DNA of 64,000 nucleotides. It comes from Eledone cirrhosa. Lineage: Eukaryota. Where the stretch lies: the NCBI GenBank assembly GCA_964016885.1, contig OZ024748.1, positions 34,410,001 through 34,474,000 on the forward strand. The letters are read 5' to 3'. Below, one piece after another: positions 30,001 through 45,000 of this stretch (position 1 is its first letter; the number at the start of each line of letters is the position of its first letter). Made by a program: the position numbers and the translations under genes. The notes beneath the pieces were generated by a model, which saw only the letters and a list, made by a program, of their open reading frames with translations, was not told the origin of the DNA and searched no databases.

Positions 30001-33000
30001 CTAGACCAACACCAGTCCCAACGATACTAGACCAACACCAGTCGCAAAGCAATTGGATAAACACCACTCCCGATGTAACTAGACCAACGCCAGTCACAGT
30101 GTAATTAGACCAACACCAGTCACAATGTAACTAGACAAACACCAGTAACAATGTAATTAGACCAACACCAGTCATAATGTAACTAGACCAACCCAACACC
30201 AGTCACAATGTCACTAGACCTACGCCAGTCACAATGTGACTAGACCATCCCAACACCAGTCACAATGTAACTAGACCTGCGCCAGTCTCAATGTGACTAG
30301 ACCAACACCAATCACAATGTAACTAGACCAACACCAATTACAAGAATACTAGACCAACACCAGTCACTATGTGACTAGAGCGACACAAATTACAATGTAA
30401 CTAGACCAGCGCCAATCCCAATGTAACAAGACCAATGCCAGTCAAATGTTACTAGACCAACGCCAATCACAATGTAACTAGACCAACAGCAGTAACAAGG
30501 TAATTAGACCAACACAAGTCACAATGTAACTAGACCAACACCAGTCACAATGTAACTAGACCAACTCCAATCACAATGTACCTGCACCAACGCCAATCAC
30601 AATGTCACTAGACCATCACCAGTCACAATGTAACTTGAACAACACCAGTCACAATGTAACTAGACCAACACATGTCACCATGTAACTAGACCAACACCAA
30701 TCACAATGTAACTAGACCAATCCAACATCAGTCACAATGTAACTAGACCTACGCCAGTCACAATATGACTAGACCATCCCAACACCAGTAACAATGTAAC
30801 TAGATCTGCGCCAGTCTCAATGTGACTAGACCAAACCAATCACAATGTAACTAGACCAACACCAATCACAAGGATACTAGACCAACACCAGTCTCTGTGT
30901 GACTAGAGCGACACCAATTACAATGTAACTAGACAAGTGCCAGTCCCAATGTAACAAGACCAACGCCAGTCAAAATGTTACTAGACCAACGCCATTCACA
31001 GTGTAATTAGACAAGCGCCATTCATAATGTAACTACACCAACGCCATTCACCATGTATCGAGACAAATTCCAGTCACCATGTAACTAGACCAACGCCAGT
31101 CACAATGTAACTAGACCAACGCCAGTCACAATGTAACAAGACCAACACCAGTCACCATTTAAGTAGAACAACACCAGTCTACATGTACCTAGACCAACGC
31201 CAGTCACAATATAACGAGACCAACACCAGTCACAATGTAACTAAACCAACACCAGTCACAATGTAACAAGACCAACACCAGTCACAATGTAACTAGACCA
31301 ACTCCAATCACAATGTACCTGCACCAACGCCAATCACAATGTTACTAGACCAACACCAGTCACAATGTAACTAGACCAACGCCAATCACAATGTCACAAA
31401 CCAACAGCAGTCACAATGTAACTAGACCAACACCAGTGGCAATGCAATTTGACCAACACCAGTCACAATGTAACTAGACCAACACCAGTGGCAATGCAAT
31501 TTGACCAACACCAGTCACAATGTAACTAGACAAACACCAATCACAATGTAATTAGACCAACACCAGTGACAATGTAACTAGACCAACCCAACACCAGTCA
31601 CAATGTCACTAGACCTACGCCAGTCACAATGAGACTAGACCATCCCAACACCAGTAACAATGTAACTGGACCTGCACCAGTCTCAATGTGGTTAGACCAA
31701 CACCAATCACAATGTAACTAGACCAACACCTATTACAATGATACTAGACCAACGCCAATCACAATGTAACTAGACCAACAATAGTAACAAAGTAATTAGA
31801 CCAACACAAGTCACAATGTAACTAGACCAACACTAGTCACAATGTAATAGACCAACTCCAATCACAATGTACCTGCACTAACGCCAATCACAATGTAACT
31901 CGACCAACATCAGTCACAATGTAACTACACCAACGCCAGTAACAATGTAACTAGACCAACGTCAATTAGAATGTAACTAGACCAACGCCAGTCACAATGT
32001 ACCTAGAACAACACCAGTCACCATGTAACTCGAGGGACGCCATTCACAATGTAACTCGGCCAACACCAGTCATAATGTAACTAGACCAACCCAACATCAG
32101 TCACAATGTAACTAGACCTACGCCAGTCACAATGTGACTAGACCATCCCAACATCAGTAACAATGTAACTAGACCTGCGCCAGTCACAATGTAACTAGAC
32201 CAACGCTAGTCACAATGTAACAAGACCAACATTAGTCACCATTTAAGTAGAACAACACCAGTCACCATGTAACTAGACCAACACCAGTCACAATATAACA
32301 AGGCCAACGCCAGTCACAATGTAACTAGACCAACGCCAGTCAAATGTTACTAGACCAACGCCAGTGAGAATATAACTAAACCGACAACAATCACAATAAA
32401 ACTAGACCAACACCAATCACAATGTAACTAAACCAAACCAACATCAGTCACAATGTAACTAGACCTACGGCAGTCACAATGTGACTAGACCACCGCAACA
32501 CCAGTAACAATGTCACTAGACCTGCGCCAGTCTCAATGTGACTAGACCAACACCAATCACAATGTAACTAGACCAACACCAATCACAAGGATACTAGACC
32601 AACACCAGTCTCTATGTGACTAGAGCGACACCAATTACAATGTAACTAGACCAGCGCCAGTCCCAATGTAACAAGACAAACGCCAGTCAAAATTTTACTA
32701 GACCAACGCCATTCACAGTGGAATTAGACAAGCGCCATTCATAATGTAGCTACACCAACGCCATTCACCATGTATCTAGACCAATTTCAGTCACCATGTA
32801 ACTAGACCAACGCCAGTCACATTGTAACAAGACCAACACAAGTCACCATTTAAGTAGAACAAAACCAGTCACAATGTAACTAGACCAATGCCAGTCACAA
32901 TATGACGAGACCAACACCAGTCACGATGTAACTAGACCAACACCAGTCACAATATAACTAGACCAACGCCAGTCCCAATGTAACTAGACCAACGCCAGTC

Positions 33001-36000
33001 ACAATGTAACTAGACCAACGCCAATCCCAGTGTTACTAGACCAACACCAGTAACAAGGTAATTAGAACAATACCAATCACCGTGTAACTAGAAGAATGCC
33101 ACTCACAATGTAACTAGACCAACAGCAGTCACGATGTAACTAAACCAACGCCAGTAACATTGTAACTAGACCAACACCAGTCACCATGTAACTAGACCAA
33201 CACCAATCACAATATAACTACACCAACGCCAGCCCATCGCAATGTAACTAGACCAAGACCAGTCACAATGTAACTACACCAACACCAATCACAATGTAAC
33301 TAGACCAACATCAGTCACTATGTAATTAGACCAATACCAGTCACAATGTAAGTAGACCAACACCAGTCACAATGTAACTAGACCATCCCAACACCAGTAA
33401 CAATGTAACTAGACCAACACCAATCACAATGTAACTAGACCAACACCAGTCCCAACGATACTAGACCAACACCAGTCGCAAAGCTATTGGACAAACACCA
33501 CTCCCGATGTAACTAGACCAACACCGGTCACAGTGTAATTAGACCAACACCAGTCACAATGTAACTAGACAAACACCAGTAACAATGTAATTAGACCAAC
33601 ACCAGTCATAATATAACTAGACCAACCCAACACCAGTCACAATGTGACTAGACCATCCCAACACCAGGAACAATGTAACTAGACCTGCGCCAGTCTCAAT
33701 GTGACTTGACCAACACCAATCACAATGTAACTAGACCAACACCAATTACAAGAATACTAGACCAACACCAGTCACTATGTGACTAGAGCGACACAAATTA
33801 CAATGTAACTAGACCAGCGCCAATCCCAATGTAACAAGACCAATGCCAGTCAAATGTTACTAGACCAACGCCAATCACAATGTAACTAGACCAACAGCAG
33901 TAACAAGGTAATTAGACCAACACAAGTCACAATGTAACTATACCAACACCAGTCACAATGTGACTTGACCAACACCAGTCACCATTTTACTAGACCAACA
34001 CCAATCACAATGTAACTAGAACAACACCAGTCATAAAGAAACTAGACCAAAGTCAGTCACAATATAAATACACCAACACCATTCACAATGTAACCTAACC
34101 GTCGACAGTTACCATGTAACTAGCCCAACGCCAGTCACAATGTAACTAGACCAACACCAGTCACAACGTGACTAGACCAACACCAGTTACCATTTCACTA
34201 GACGAACACCAGTCGCAATGTAACTAGACAAACGCCAGTCAGTATGAAAGTATACCAACGCCAGTCACAATGTAACTAGACCAACACCAGTCACAATGTA
34301 ATTAGACCAACATCAGTCACAATGTAAGTAGACCAACACCAGTCACAATGTAATTAGACCAACACCAGTCACAATGTGACTAAACCAACACCAGTCACAA
34401 TGTAATTAGACCAACAGCAGTCACAATGTAACTAGACAAACACCAGTCACCAGGTAACTAGACCTACGCCAGTCATAATGTAACTAGACCAACCCAACAC
34501 CAGTCATAATGTAACTAGACCTACGCCAGTCACAATGTGACTAGACGATGCCAGCACCAGTAACAATGTAACTAGACCTGCCCCAGTCTCAATATGACTA
34601 GACCAACACCAATCACAATGTAACTCGATCAACACCAATCAATATGTGACTAGACAAACACCAATTACATTGTAACAAGGCCAACGCCAGTCACAATGTA
34701 ACTAGACCAACGCCAGTCAAATGTTACTAGACCAACGCCAGTCAGAATATAACTAAATCGACAACAATCACAATAAAACTAGACCAACACCAATCACAAT
34801 GTAACTAGACCAACGCCAATCAGAATGTAACAAGACAAACACCAATCACAATGTCACTAGACCATCACCAGTCACAATGTAACTTGACCAACACCAGTCA
34901 CAATGTAACTAGGCCAAACCAGTCACAATGTAATTAGACCAACAACAGTCACAATGTGTCTAGTCCAACACCAGTCACAATCTAATTAGACCAACAGCAG
35001 TCACAATGTAACTAGACGAACACAAGTCACCAAGGAACTAGACCAACACCAATCACAATGTAACTAGACCAACCCAACATCAGTCACAATGTAACTAGAC
35101 CTACGGCAGTCACAATGTGACTAGACCACCGCAACACCAGTAACAATGTCACTAGACCTGCGCCAGTCTCAATGTGACTAGACCAACACCAATCACAATG
35201 TAACTAGACCAACACCAATCACAAGGATACTAGACCAACACCAGTCTCTATGTGACTAGAGCGACACCAATTACAATGTAACTAGACCAGCGCCAGTCCC
35301 AATGTAACAAGACAAACGCCAGTCAAAATTTTACTAGACCAACGCCATTCACAGTGGAATTAGACAAGCGCCATTCATAATGTAGCTACACCAACGCCAT
35401 TCACCATGTATCTAGACCAATTTCAGTCACCATGTAACTAGACCAACGCCAGTCACAATGTAACTAGACCAACGCCAGTCACAGTGTAACAAGACCAACA
35501 CCAGTCACCATTTAAGTAGAACAAAACCAGTCACAATGTAACTAGACCAACGCCAGTCACAATATGACGAGACCAACACCAGTCACGATGTGACTAGACC
35601 AACACCAGTCACAATATAACTAGACCAACGCCAGTCCCAATGTAACTAGACCAACGCCAATCCCAGTGTTACTAGACCAACACCAGTAACAAGGTAATTA
35701 GAACAATACCAATCACCGTGTAACTAGAAGAATGCCACTCACAATGTAACTAGACCAACAGCAGTCACGATGTAACTAGACCAACGCCAGTAACATTGTA
35801 ACTAGACCAATACCAGTCACCATGTAACTAGACCAACACCAATCACAATATAACTACACCAACGCCAGCCCATCGCAATGTAACTAGACCAAGACCAGTC
35901 ACAATGTAACTACACCAACACCAATCACAATGTAACTAGAGCAACATCAGTCACTATGTAATTAGACCAATACCAGTCACAATGTAAGTAGACCAACACC

Positions 36001-39000
36001 AGTCACAATGTAACTAGACCATCCCAACACCAGTAACAATGTAACTAGACCAACACCAATCACGATGTAACTAGACCAACACCAGTCCCAACGATACTAG
36101 ACCAACACCAGTCGCAAAGCAATTGGATAAACACCACTCCCGATGTAACTAGACCAACGCCAGTCACAGTGTAATTAGACCAACACCAGTCACAATGTAA
36201 CTAGACAAACACCAGTAACAATGTAATTAGACCAACACCAGTCATAATGTAACTAGACCAACCCAACACCAGTCACAATGTCACTAGACCTACGCCAGTC
36301 ACAATGTGACTAGACCATCCCAACACCAGTCACAATGTAACTAGACCTGCGCCAGTCTCAATGTGACTAGACCAACACCAATCACAATGTAACTAGACCA
36401 ACACCAATTACAAGAATACTAGACCAACACCAGTCACTATGTGACTAGAGCGACACAAATTACAATGTAACTAGACCAGCGCCAATCCCAATGTAACAAG
36501 ACCAATGCCAGTCAAATGTTACTAGACCAACGCCAATCACAATGTAACTAGACCAACAGCAGTAACAAGGTAATTAGACCAACACAAGTCACAATGTAAC
36601 TAGACCAACACCAGTCACAATGTAACTAGACCAACTCCAATCACAATGTACCTGCACCAACGCCAATCACAATGTCACTAGACCATCACCAGTCACAATG
36701 TAACTTGAACAACACCAGTCACAATGTAACTAGACCAACACATGTCACCATGTAACTAGACCAACACCAATCACAATGTAACTAGACCAATCCAACATCA
36801 GTCACAATGTAACTAGACCTACGCCAGTCACAATATGACTAGACCATCCCAACACAAGTAACAATGTAACTAGATCTGCGCCAGTCTCAATGTGACTAGA
36901 CCAAACCAATCACAATGTAACTAGACCAACACCAATCACAAGGATATAAGACCAACACCAGTCTCTGTGTGACTAGAGCGACACCAATTACAATGTAACT
37001 AGACAAGTGCCAGTCCCAATGTAACAAGACCAACGCCAGTCAAAATGTTACTAGACCAACGCCATTCACAGTGTAATTAGACAAGCGCCATTCATAATGT
37101 AACTACACCAACGCCATTCACCATGTATCGAGACAAATTCCAGTCACCATGTAACTAGACCAACGCCAGTCACAATGTAACTAGACCAACGCCAGTCACA
37201 ATGTAACAAGACCAACACCAGTCACCATTTAAGTAGAACAACACCAGTCTACATGTACCTAGACCAACGCCAGTCACAATATAACGAGACCAACACCAGT
37301 CACAATGTAACTAAACCAACACCAGTCACAATGTAACAAGACCAACACCAGTCACAATGTAACTAGACCAACTCCAATCACAATGTACCTGCACCAACGC
37401 CAATCACAATGTTACTAGACCAACACCAGTCACAATGTAACTAGACCAACGCCAATCACAATGTCACAAACCAACAGCAGTCACAATGTAACTAGACCAA
37501 CACCAGTGGCAATGCAATTTGACCAACACCAGTCACAATGTAACTAGACCAACACCAGTGGCAATGCAATTTGACCAACACCAGTCACAAGGTAACTAGA
37601 CAAACACCAATCACAATGTAATTAGACCAACACCAGTGACAATGTAACTAGACCAACCCAACACCAGTCACAATGTCACTAGACCTACGCCAGTCACAAT
37701 GAGACTAGACCATCCCAACACCAGTAACAATGTAACTGGACCTGCACCAGTCTCAATGTGGTTAGACCAACACCAATCACAATGTAACTAGACCAACACC
37801 TATTACAATGATACTAGACCAACGCCAATCACAATGTAACTAGACCAACAATAGTAACAAAGTAATTAGACCAACACAAGTCACAATGTAACTAGACCAA
37901 CACTAGTCACAATGTAATAGACCAACTCCAATCACAATGTACCTGCACTAACGCCAATCACAATGTAACTCGACCAACATCAGTCACAATGTAACTACAC
38001 CAACGCCAGTAACAATGTAACTAGACCAACGTCAATCAGAATGTAACTAGACCAACGCCAGTCACAATGTACCTAGAACAACACCAGTCACCATGTAACT
38101 CGAGGGACGCCATTCACAATGTAACTCGGCCAACACCAGTCATAATGTAACTAGACCAACCCAACATCAGTCACAATGTAACTAGACCTACGCCAGTCAC
38201 AATGTGACTAGACCATCCCAACATCAGTAACAATGTAACTAGACCTGCGCCAGTCACAATGTAACTAGACCAACGCTAGTCACAATGTAACAAGACCAAC
38301 ATTAGTCACCATTTAAGTAGAACAACACCAGTCACCATGTAACTAGACCAACACCAGTCACAATATAACAAGGCCAACGCCAGTCACAATGTAACTAGAC
38401 CAACGCCAGTCAAATGTTACTAGACCAACGCCAGTGAGAATATAACTAAACCGACAACAATCACAATAAAACTAGACCAACACCAATCACAATGTAACTA
38501 AACCAACCCAACATCAGTCACAATGTAACTAGACCTACGGCAGTCACAATGTGACTAGACCACCGCAACACCAGTAACAATGTCACTAGACCTGCGCCAG
38601 TCTCAATGTGACTAGACCAACACCAATCACAATGTAACTAGACCAACACCAATCACAAGGATACTAGACCAACACCAGTCTCTATGTGACTAGAGCGACA
38701 CCAATTACAATGTAACTAGACCAGCGCCAGTCCCAATGTAACAAGACAAACGCCAGTCAAAATTTTACTAGACCAACGCCATTCACAGTGGAATTAGACA
38801 AGCGCCATTCATAATGTAGCTACACCAACGCCATTCACCATGTATCTAGACCAATTTCAGTCACCATGTAACTAGACCAACGCCAGTCACAATGTAACTA
38901 GACCAACGCCAGTCACATTGTAACAAGACCAACACAAGTCACCATTTAAGTAGAACAAAACCAGTCACAATGTAACTAGACCAATGCCAGTCACAATATG

Positions 39001-42000
39001 ACGAGACCAACACCAGTCACGATGTAACTAGACCAACACCAGTCACAATATAACTAGACCAACGCCAGTCCCAATGTAACTAGACCAACGCCAGTCACAA
39101 TGTAACTAGACCAACGCCAATCCCAGTGTTACTAGACCAACACCAGTAACAAGGTAATTAGAACAATACCAATCACCGTGTAACTAGAAGAATGCCACTC
39201 ACAATGTAACTAGACCAACAGCAGTCACGATGTAACTAAACCAACGCCAGTAACATTGTAACTAGACCAACACCAGTCACCATGTAACTAGACCAACACC
39301 AATCACAATATAACTACACCAACGCCAGCCCATCGCAATGTAACTAGACCAAGACCAGTCACAATGTAACTACACCAACACCAATCACAATGTAACTAGA
39401 CCAACATCAGTCACTATGTAATTAGACCAATACCAGTCACAATGTAAGTAGACCAACACCAGTCACAATGTAACTAGACCATCCCAACACCAGTAACAAT
39501 GTAACTAGACCAACACCAATCACAATGTAACTAGACCAACACCAGTCCCAACGATACTAGACCAACACCAGTCGCAAAGCAATTGGACAAACACCACTCC
39601 CGATGTAACTAGACCAACACCGGTCACAGTGTAATTAGACCAACACCAGTCACAATGTAACTAGACAAACACCAGTAACAATGTAATTAGACCAACACCA
39701 GTCATAATATAACTAGACCAACCCAACACCAGTCACAATGTGACTAGACCATCCCAACACCAGGAACAATGTAACTAGACCTGCGCCAGTCTCAATGTGA
39801 CTAGACCAACACCAATCACAATGTAACTAGACCAACACCAATTACAAGAATACTAGACCAACACCAGTCACTATGTGACTAGAGCGACACAAATTACAAT
39901 GTAACTAGACCAGCGCCAATCCCAATGTAACAAGACCAATGCCAGTCAAATGTTACTAGACCAACGCCAATCACAATGTAACTAGACCAACAGCAGTAAC
40001 AAGGTAATTAGACCAACACAAGTCACAATGTAACTAGACCAACACCAGTCACAATGTAACTAGACCAACTCCAATCACAATGTACCTGCACCAACGCCAA
40101 TCACAATGTCACTAGACCATCACCAGTCACAATGTAACTTGAACAACACCAGTCACAATGTAACTAGACCAACACAAGTCACCATGTAACTAGACCAACA
40201 CCAATCACAATGTAACTAGACCAATCCAACATCAGTCACAATGTAACTAGACCTACGCCAGTCACAATGTGACTAGACCATCCCAACACCAGTAACAATG
40301 TAACTAGATCTGCGCCAGTCTCAATGTGACTAGACCAAACCAATCACAATGTAACTAGACCAACACCAATCACGAGGATACTAGACCAACACCAGTCTCT
40401 GTGTGACTAGAGCGACACCAATTACAATGTAACTAGACCAGTGCCAGTCCCAATGTAACAAGACCAACGCCAGTCAAAATGTTACTAGACCAACGCCATT
40501 CACAGTGTAATTAGACAAGCGCCATTCATAATGTAACTACACCAACGCCATTCACCATGTATCGAGACAAATTCCAGTCACCATGTAACTAGACCAACGC
40601 CAGTCACAATGTAACTAGACCAACGCCAGTCACAATGTAACTAGACCAACACCAGTTACAAGAATACTAGACCAACACCAGTCACTATGTGACTAGAGCG
40701 ACACAAATTACAATGTAACTAGACCAGCGCCAATCCCAATGTAACAAGACCAATGCCAGTCAAATGTTACTAGACCAACGCCAATCACAATGTAACTAGA
40801 CCAACAGCAATAACAAGGTAATTAGACCAACACAAGTCACAATGTAACTAGACCAACACCAGTCACAATGTAACTAGACCAACTCCAATCACAATGTACC
40901 TGCACCAACGCCAATCACGATGTCACTAGACCATCACCAGTCACAATGTAACTTGAACAACACCAGTCACAATGTAACTACACCAACACAAGTCACAATG
41001 TAACTAGACCAACACCAGTCACAATGTAACTAGACCAACACCAATCCCAAGGTAACTAGACCAACCCAACGACAATCACAATGTAACTAGACCAGCCGAA
41101 CACCAGTCACGATGTAACTAGACCTACGCCAGTCATAATGTGACTAGACCATCCCAACGCCAGTAACAATGTAACTAGATCTGCGCCAGTCTCAATGTGT
41201 CTAGACCAACACCAATCACGATGTAACTAGACCAACACCTGTCACAATGTGACTAAACCAATACCAGTCACCATGTATCTAGACCAACCCAACACCAGTA
41301 ACAATGTAACTAGACCTACGCCAGTCATAATGTGACTAGACCATCCCAACGCCAGTAACAATGTAACTAGACCTGCGCCAGTCTCAATGTGTCTAGACCA
41401 ACACCAATCACGATGTAACTAGACCAACACCTGTCACAATGTGACTAAACCAATACCAGTCACCATGTATCTAGACCAACCCAACACCAGTAACAATGTA
41501 ACTAGACCTGCGCCAGTCTAAATGTGACAAGACCAACACCATTCATAATTTAACAAGACCAACACCAATCACAATGCTACTAGACCAACACCAGTCAATA
41601 TGTGACTAGACCAACGTCAGTCAAAATGTTAGTACACTAAAACCAGCCTCAGTGTAACTAAACCAACACCAATCACAATATAACTAGACCAACACCAATC
41701 ACAATGTAACTAGACCAACGCAAATCACAATTTAACAAGACCAACGCCAGTCAGAGTGTATTTAGACAAAGGCCAAAAGATAATGTAACTACACCAACGC
41801 CAATCACCATGTAACTAGACCAACACCAGTCATCATGTAACTAGACCAACGCCAGTCACAGTGTAACTAGACCAACACCAGTCACAATGTAACTAGACCA
41901 ACATCAGTCACAATATAACAAGAACAACGCCAGTCACAATGTAACTACACCAACGCCAATCACAATGTAACTAGACCAACACCAATAACCATGTAACTAG

Positions 42001-45000
42001 AGGAACGCCAATCACAATGTAACTAAACCAACACCAGTCCCAATGTAACTAGATCAACACCAATCACAATGTAACTAGACCAACCCAACGCCAGTAAATA
42101 TGTAAATAGTCCTACGCCAGTCACAATGTGACTGGATCATTCCAACACCAGTAACAATGTAACTAGAATTTCGCCAGTCTCAATGTGACTAGACCAACAT
42201 CAATCACAATGTAACTAGACCAACACAAATCACACTGTTACTAAACCAACACCAGTCACAATGTAACTAGACCAGTGCCAGTCACAATGTAACAAGACCA
42301 ACGTCAGTCACAATGTAACTAGACCAACGCCAGTCAAAACGTTACTAGACCAACACTAGTCACCATGTAACTATACCAACGCCCTTCACAATGTGGCTAG
42401 ACCAACGCCAGTCACAATGTAACTAGACCAACACCAGTCAACATTTAAGTAGAAGAACACCAGTCACCATGTAACTAGACCAACGCCAGTCACAATATAA
42501 CGAGACCAACACCAGTTACAATGTAACCAGACCGACGCGAGTCATATTGTAACTAGACAAACGCCAATGAGCATGTGACTAGACCAACGCCAATCACAAT
42601 GTAACTAGACAAACACCAATCACCATATGACTGGACCAACACCAGTCACAATGTAACTAGACCAACGACAATCCCAGTGTAACTAAACCAACGCCAATCA
42701 CAATGTAACTAGACCAATACCAAACACCATGTGACTAGACCAACACCAGTCACAATGTAAGTAGACCAACGCCAGTCAAAATGTCACTAGAACAACACCA
42801 GTCACGATGTAGCTAGACCAACGCCCTTCACAATGTAGCTAGACCAACGCCAGTCACGATATAACTAGACCAACACCAGTCAGCATTTAAGTAGAACAAC
42901 ACCAATCACCATGTAACTAGACCAACGCCAGTCACAATATAACGAGATCAACACCAGTCACAATGTAACTAGACCGACGCCAGTCACGATGTAACTAGAG
43001 AAACGCCAATGAGCATGAGACTAGACCAACGCCAATCACAATGTAACTAGACCAACGCCAGTCACAGTGTAAGTAGACCAACGCCAGTCACAGCGTAACA
43101 AGACCAACACCAGTCATAATGTAACTAGACCAGCGTCAGTCACAACATAACTACACCATCACCAGTCACAACGTAACCAAACCGTAGACAGTTAGCATGT
43201 AACTATGTAACTAGACCAACGCCAGTCACCATGTAACTAGACCAACGCCAGTAACAATGTAACTAGACCAAGGCTAATCACAATATAACTAGGGAAACAC
43301 CAGTCACAATGGAACTAGAACAACGCCAGTAACAATATAACTGGACCAACGCCAATCACAATGTAACTAGACCAACACCAGTTACAATGTAACTAGGCCA
43401 ACGCCAATCACAATGTAACTAGACCAACACCAGTCAAAATGTAATTAGACCAACACCAATCACAATGTGAGTACACCAACACCACTCACAGTGTAACTAG
43501 ACCAACACCAGTCCCATGTAACTTGACCAACAACAATCACAATCTAACTAGACCAACACCAATCACATAGTAACTAGATCAACCCAACACCAGTCACAAT
43601 ATATCTAGACATACGCCTGTCACGATGTAACTAGACCATCCCAACACCACTAACAATGTACAATAGACCTTGGCCAATCACAGTGTAACTAGACCAACAC
43701 CAATCACCATGTGACTAGACCAACACCAGTCACAATGTAACTAGACCAACGACAATGCCAATGTAACTAAACCAACGCCAATCACAATTTAACTAGACCA
43801 ATACCAAACACCATGTGATTAGACCAACACCAGTCACAATGTAAGTAGACCAACGCCAGTCAAAATGTTACTAGAACAACACCAGTCACGATGTAGCTAG
43901 ACCAACGACCTTCACAATGTAGCTAGACCAACGCCAGTCACAATGTAACTAGACCAACACCAGTCAGCATTTAAGTAGAACAACACCAATCACCATGTAA
44001 CTAGACCAACGCCAGTCACAATATAACGAGACCAACACCAGTCACAATGTAACCAGACCGACGCAGTCTCAATGCGACTAGACCAACACCAATCACAATG
44101 TAACTAGAACAACACCTATTACAAGGATACTAGACCAACACCAGTGACTATGTGACTAGAGCGACACAAATTACATTGTAACTAGACCAGCGCCTGTCCC
44201 AATGTAACAAGACCGATGCAAGTCAAATTTTACTAGACCAACGCCAATCACAATGTAACTAGACCAACAATAGTAACAAAGTAATTAGACCAACACAAGT
44301 CACAATGTAACTAGACCAACACTAGTCACAATGTAATAGACCAACTCCAATCACAATGTACCTGCACTAACGCCAATCACAATGTAACTAGACCAACATC
44401 AGTCACAATGTAACTACACCAACGCCAGTAACAATGTAACTAGACCAACGTCAATCAGAATGTAACTAGACCAACGCCAGTCACAATGTAACTAAACCAA
44501 CACCAGTCATAATGTAACTAGACCAACACCAGTCCCAATGTAATTAGACCAACACCAGTCATAATGTAACTAGACCAACACCAGTCACAATGTAATTAGA
44601 CCAACACCAGTCACAATATAACTAGACCAACATCAGTCACAATGTAACTAAACAAACGCCAATCGCAATGTCAGTAGACAAACACTAGTCACAATGTTAT
44701 TAGAACAAGGCCAGTCACAATGTTACTAGACCAACACCAGTCACAATGTATCTAGACTAATGCCAATCACAATGTCACTAGAGAAACACCAGTCACAATG
44801 TAACTAGACCAACACCAGTCAAAATGTAACTAGACCAACACAAGTCACCATGTAACTAGACCAACACCAGTCACAATGTAACAAGACCAACGCCAGTCAC
44901 AATGTAACTAGACCAACACCAGTCACAATGTAACAAGACCAACATCAGTCACCATTTAAGTAGAACAACACCAGTCACCATGTAACTAGACCAACACCAG

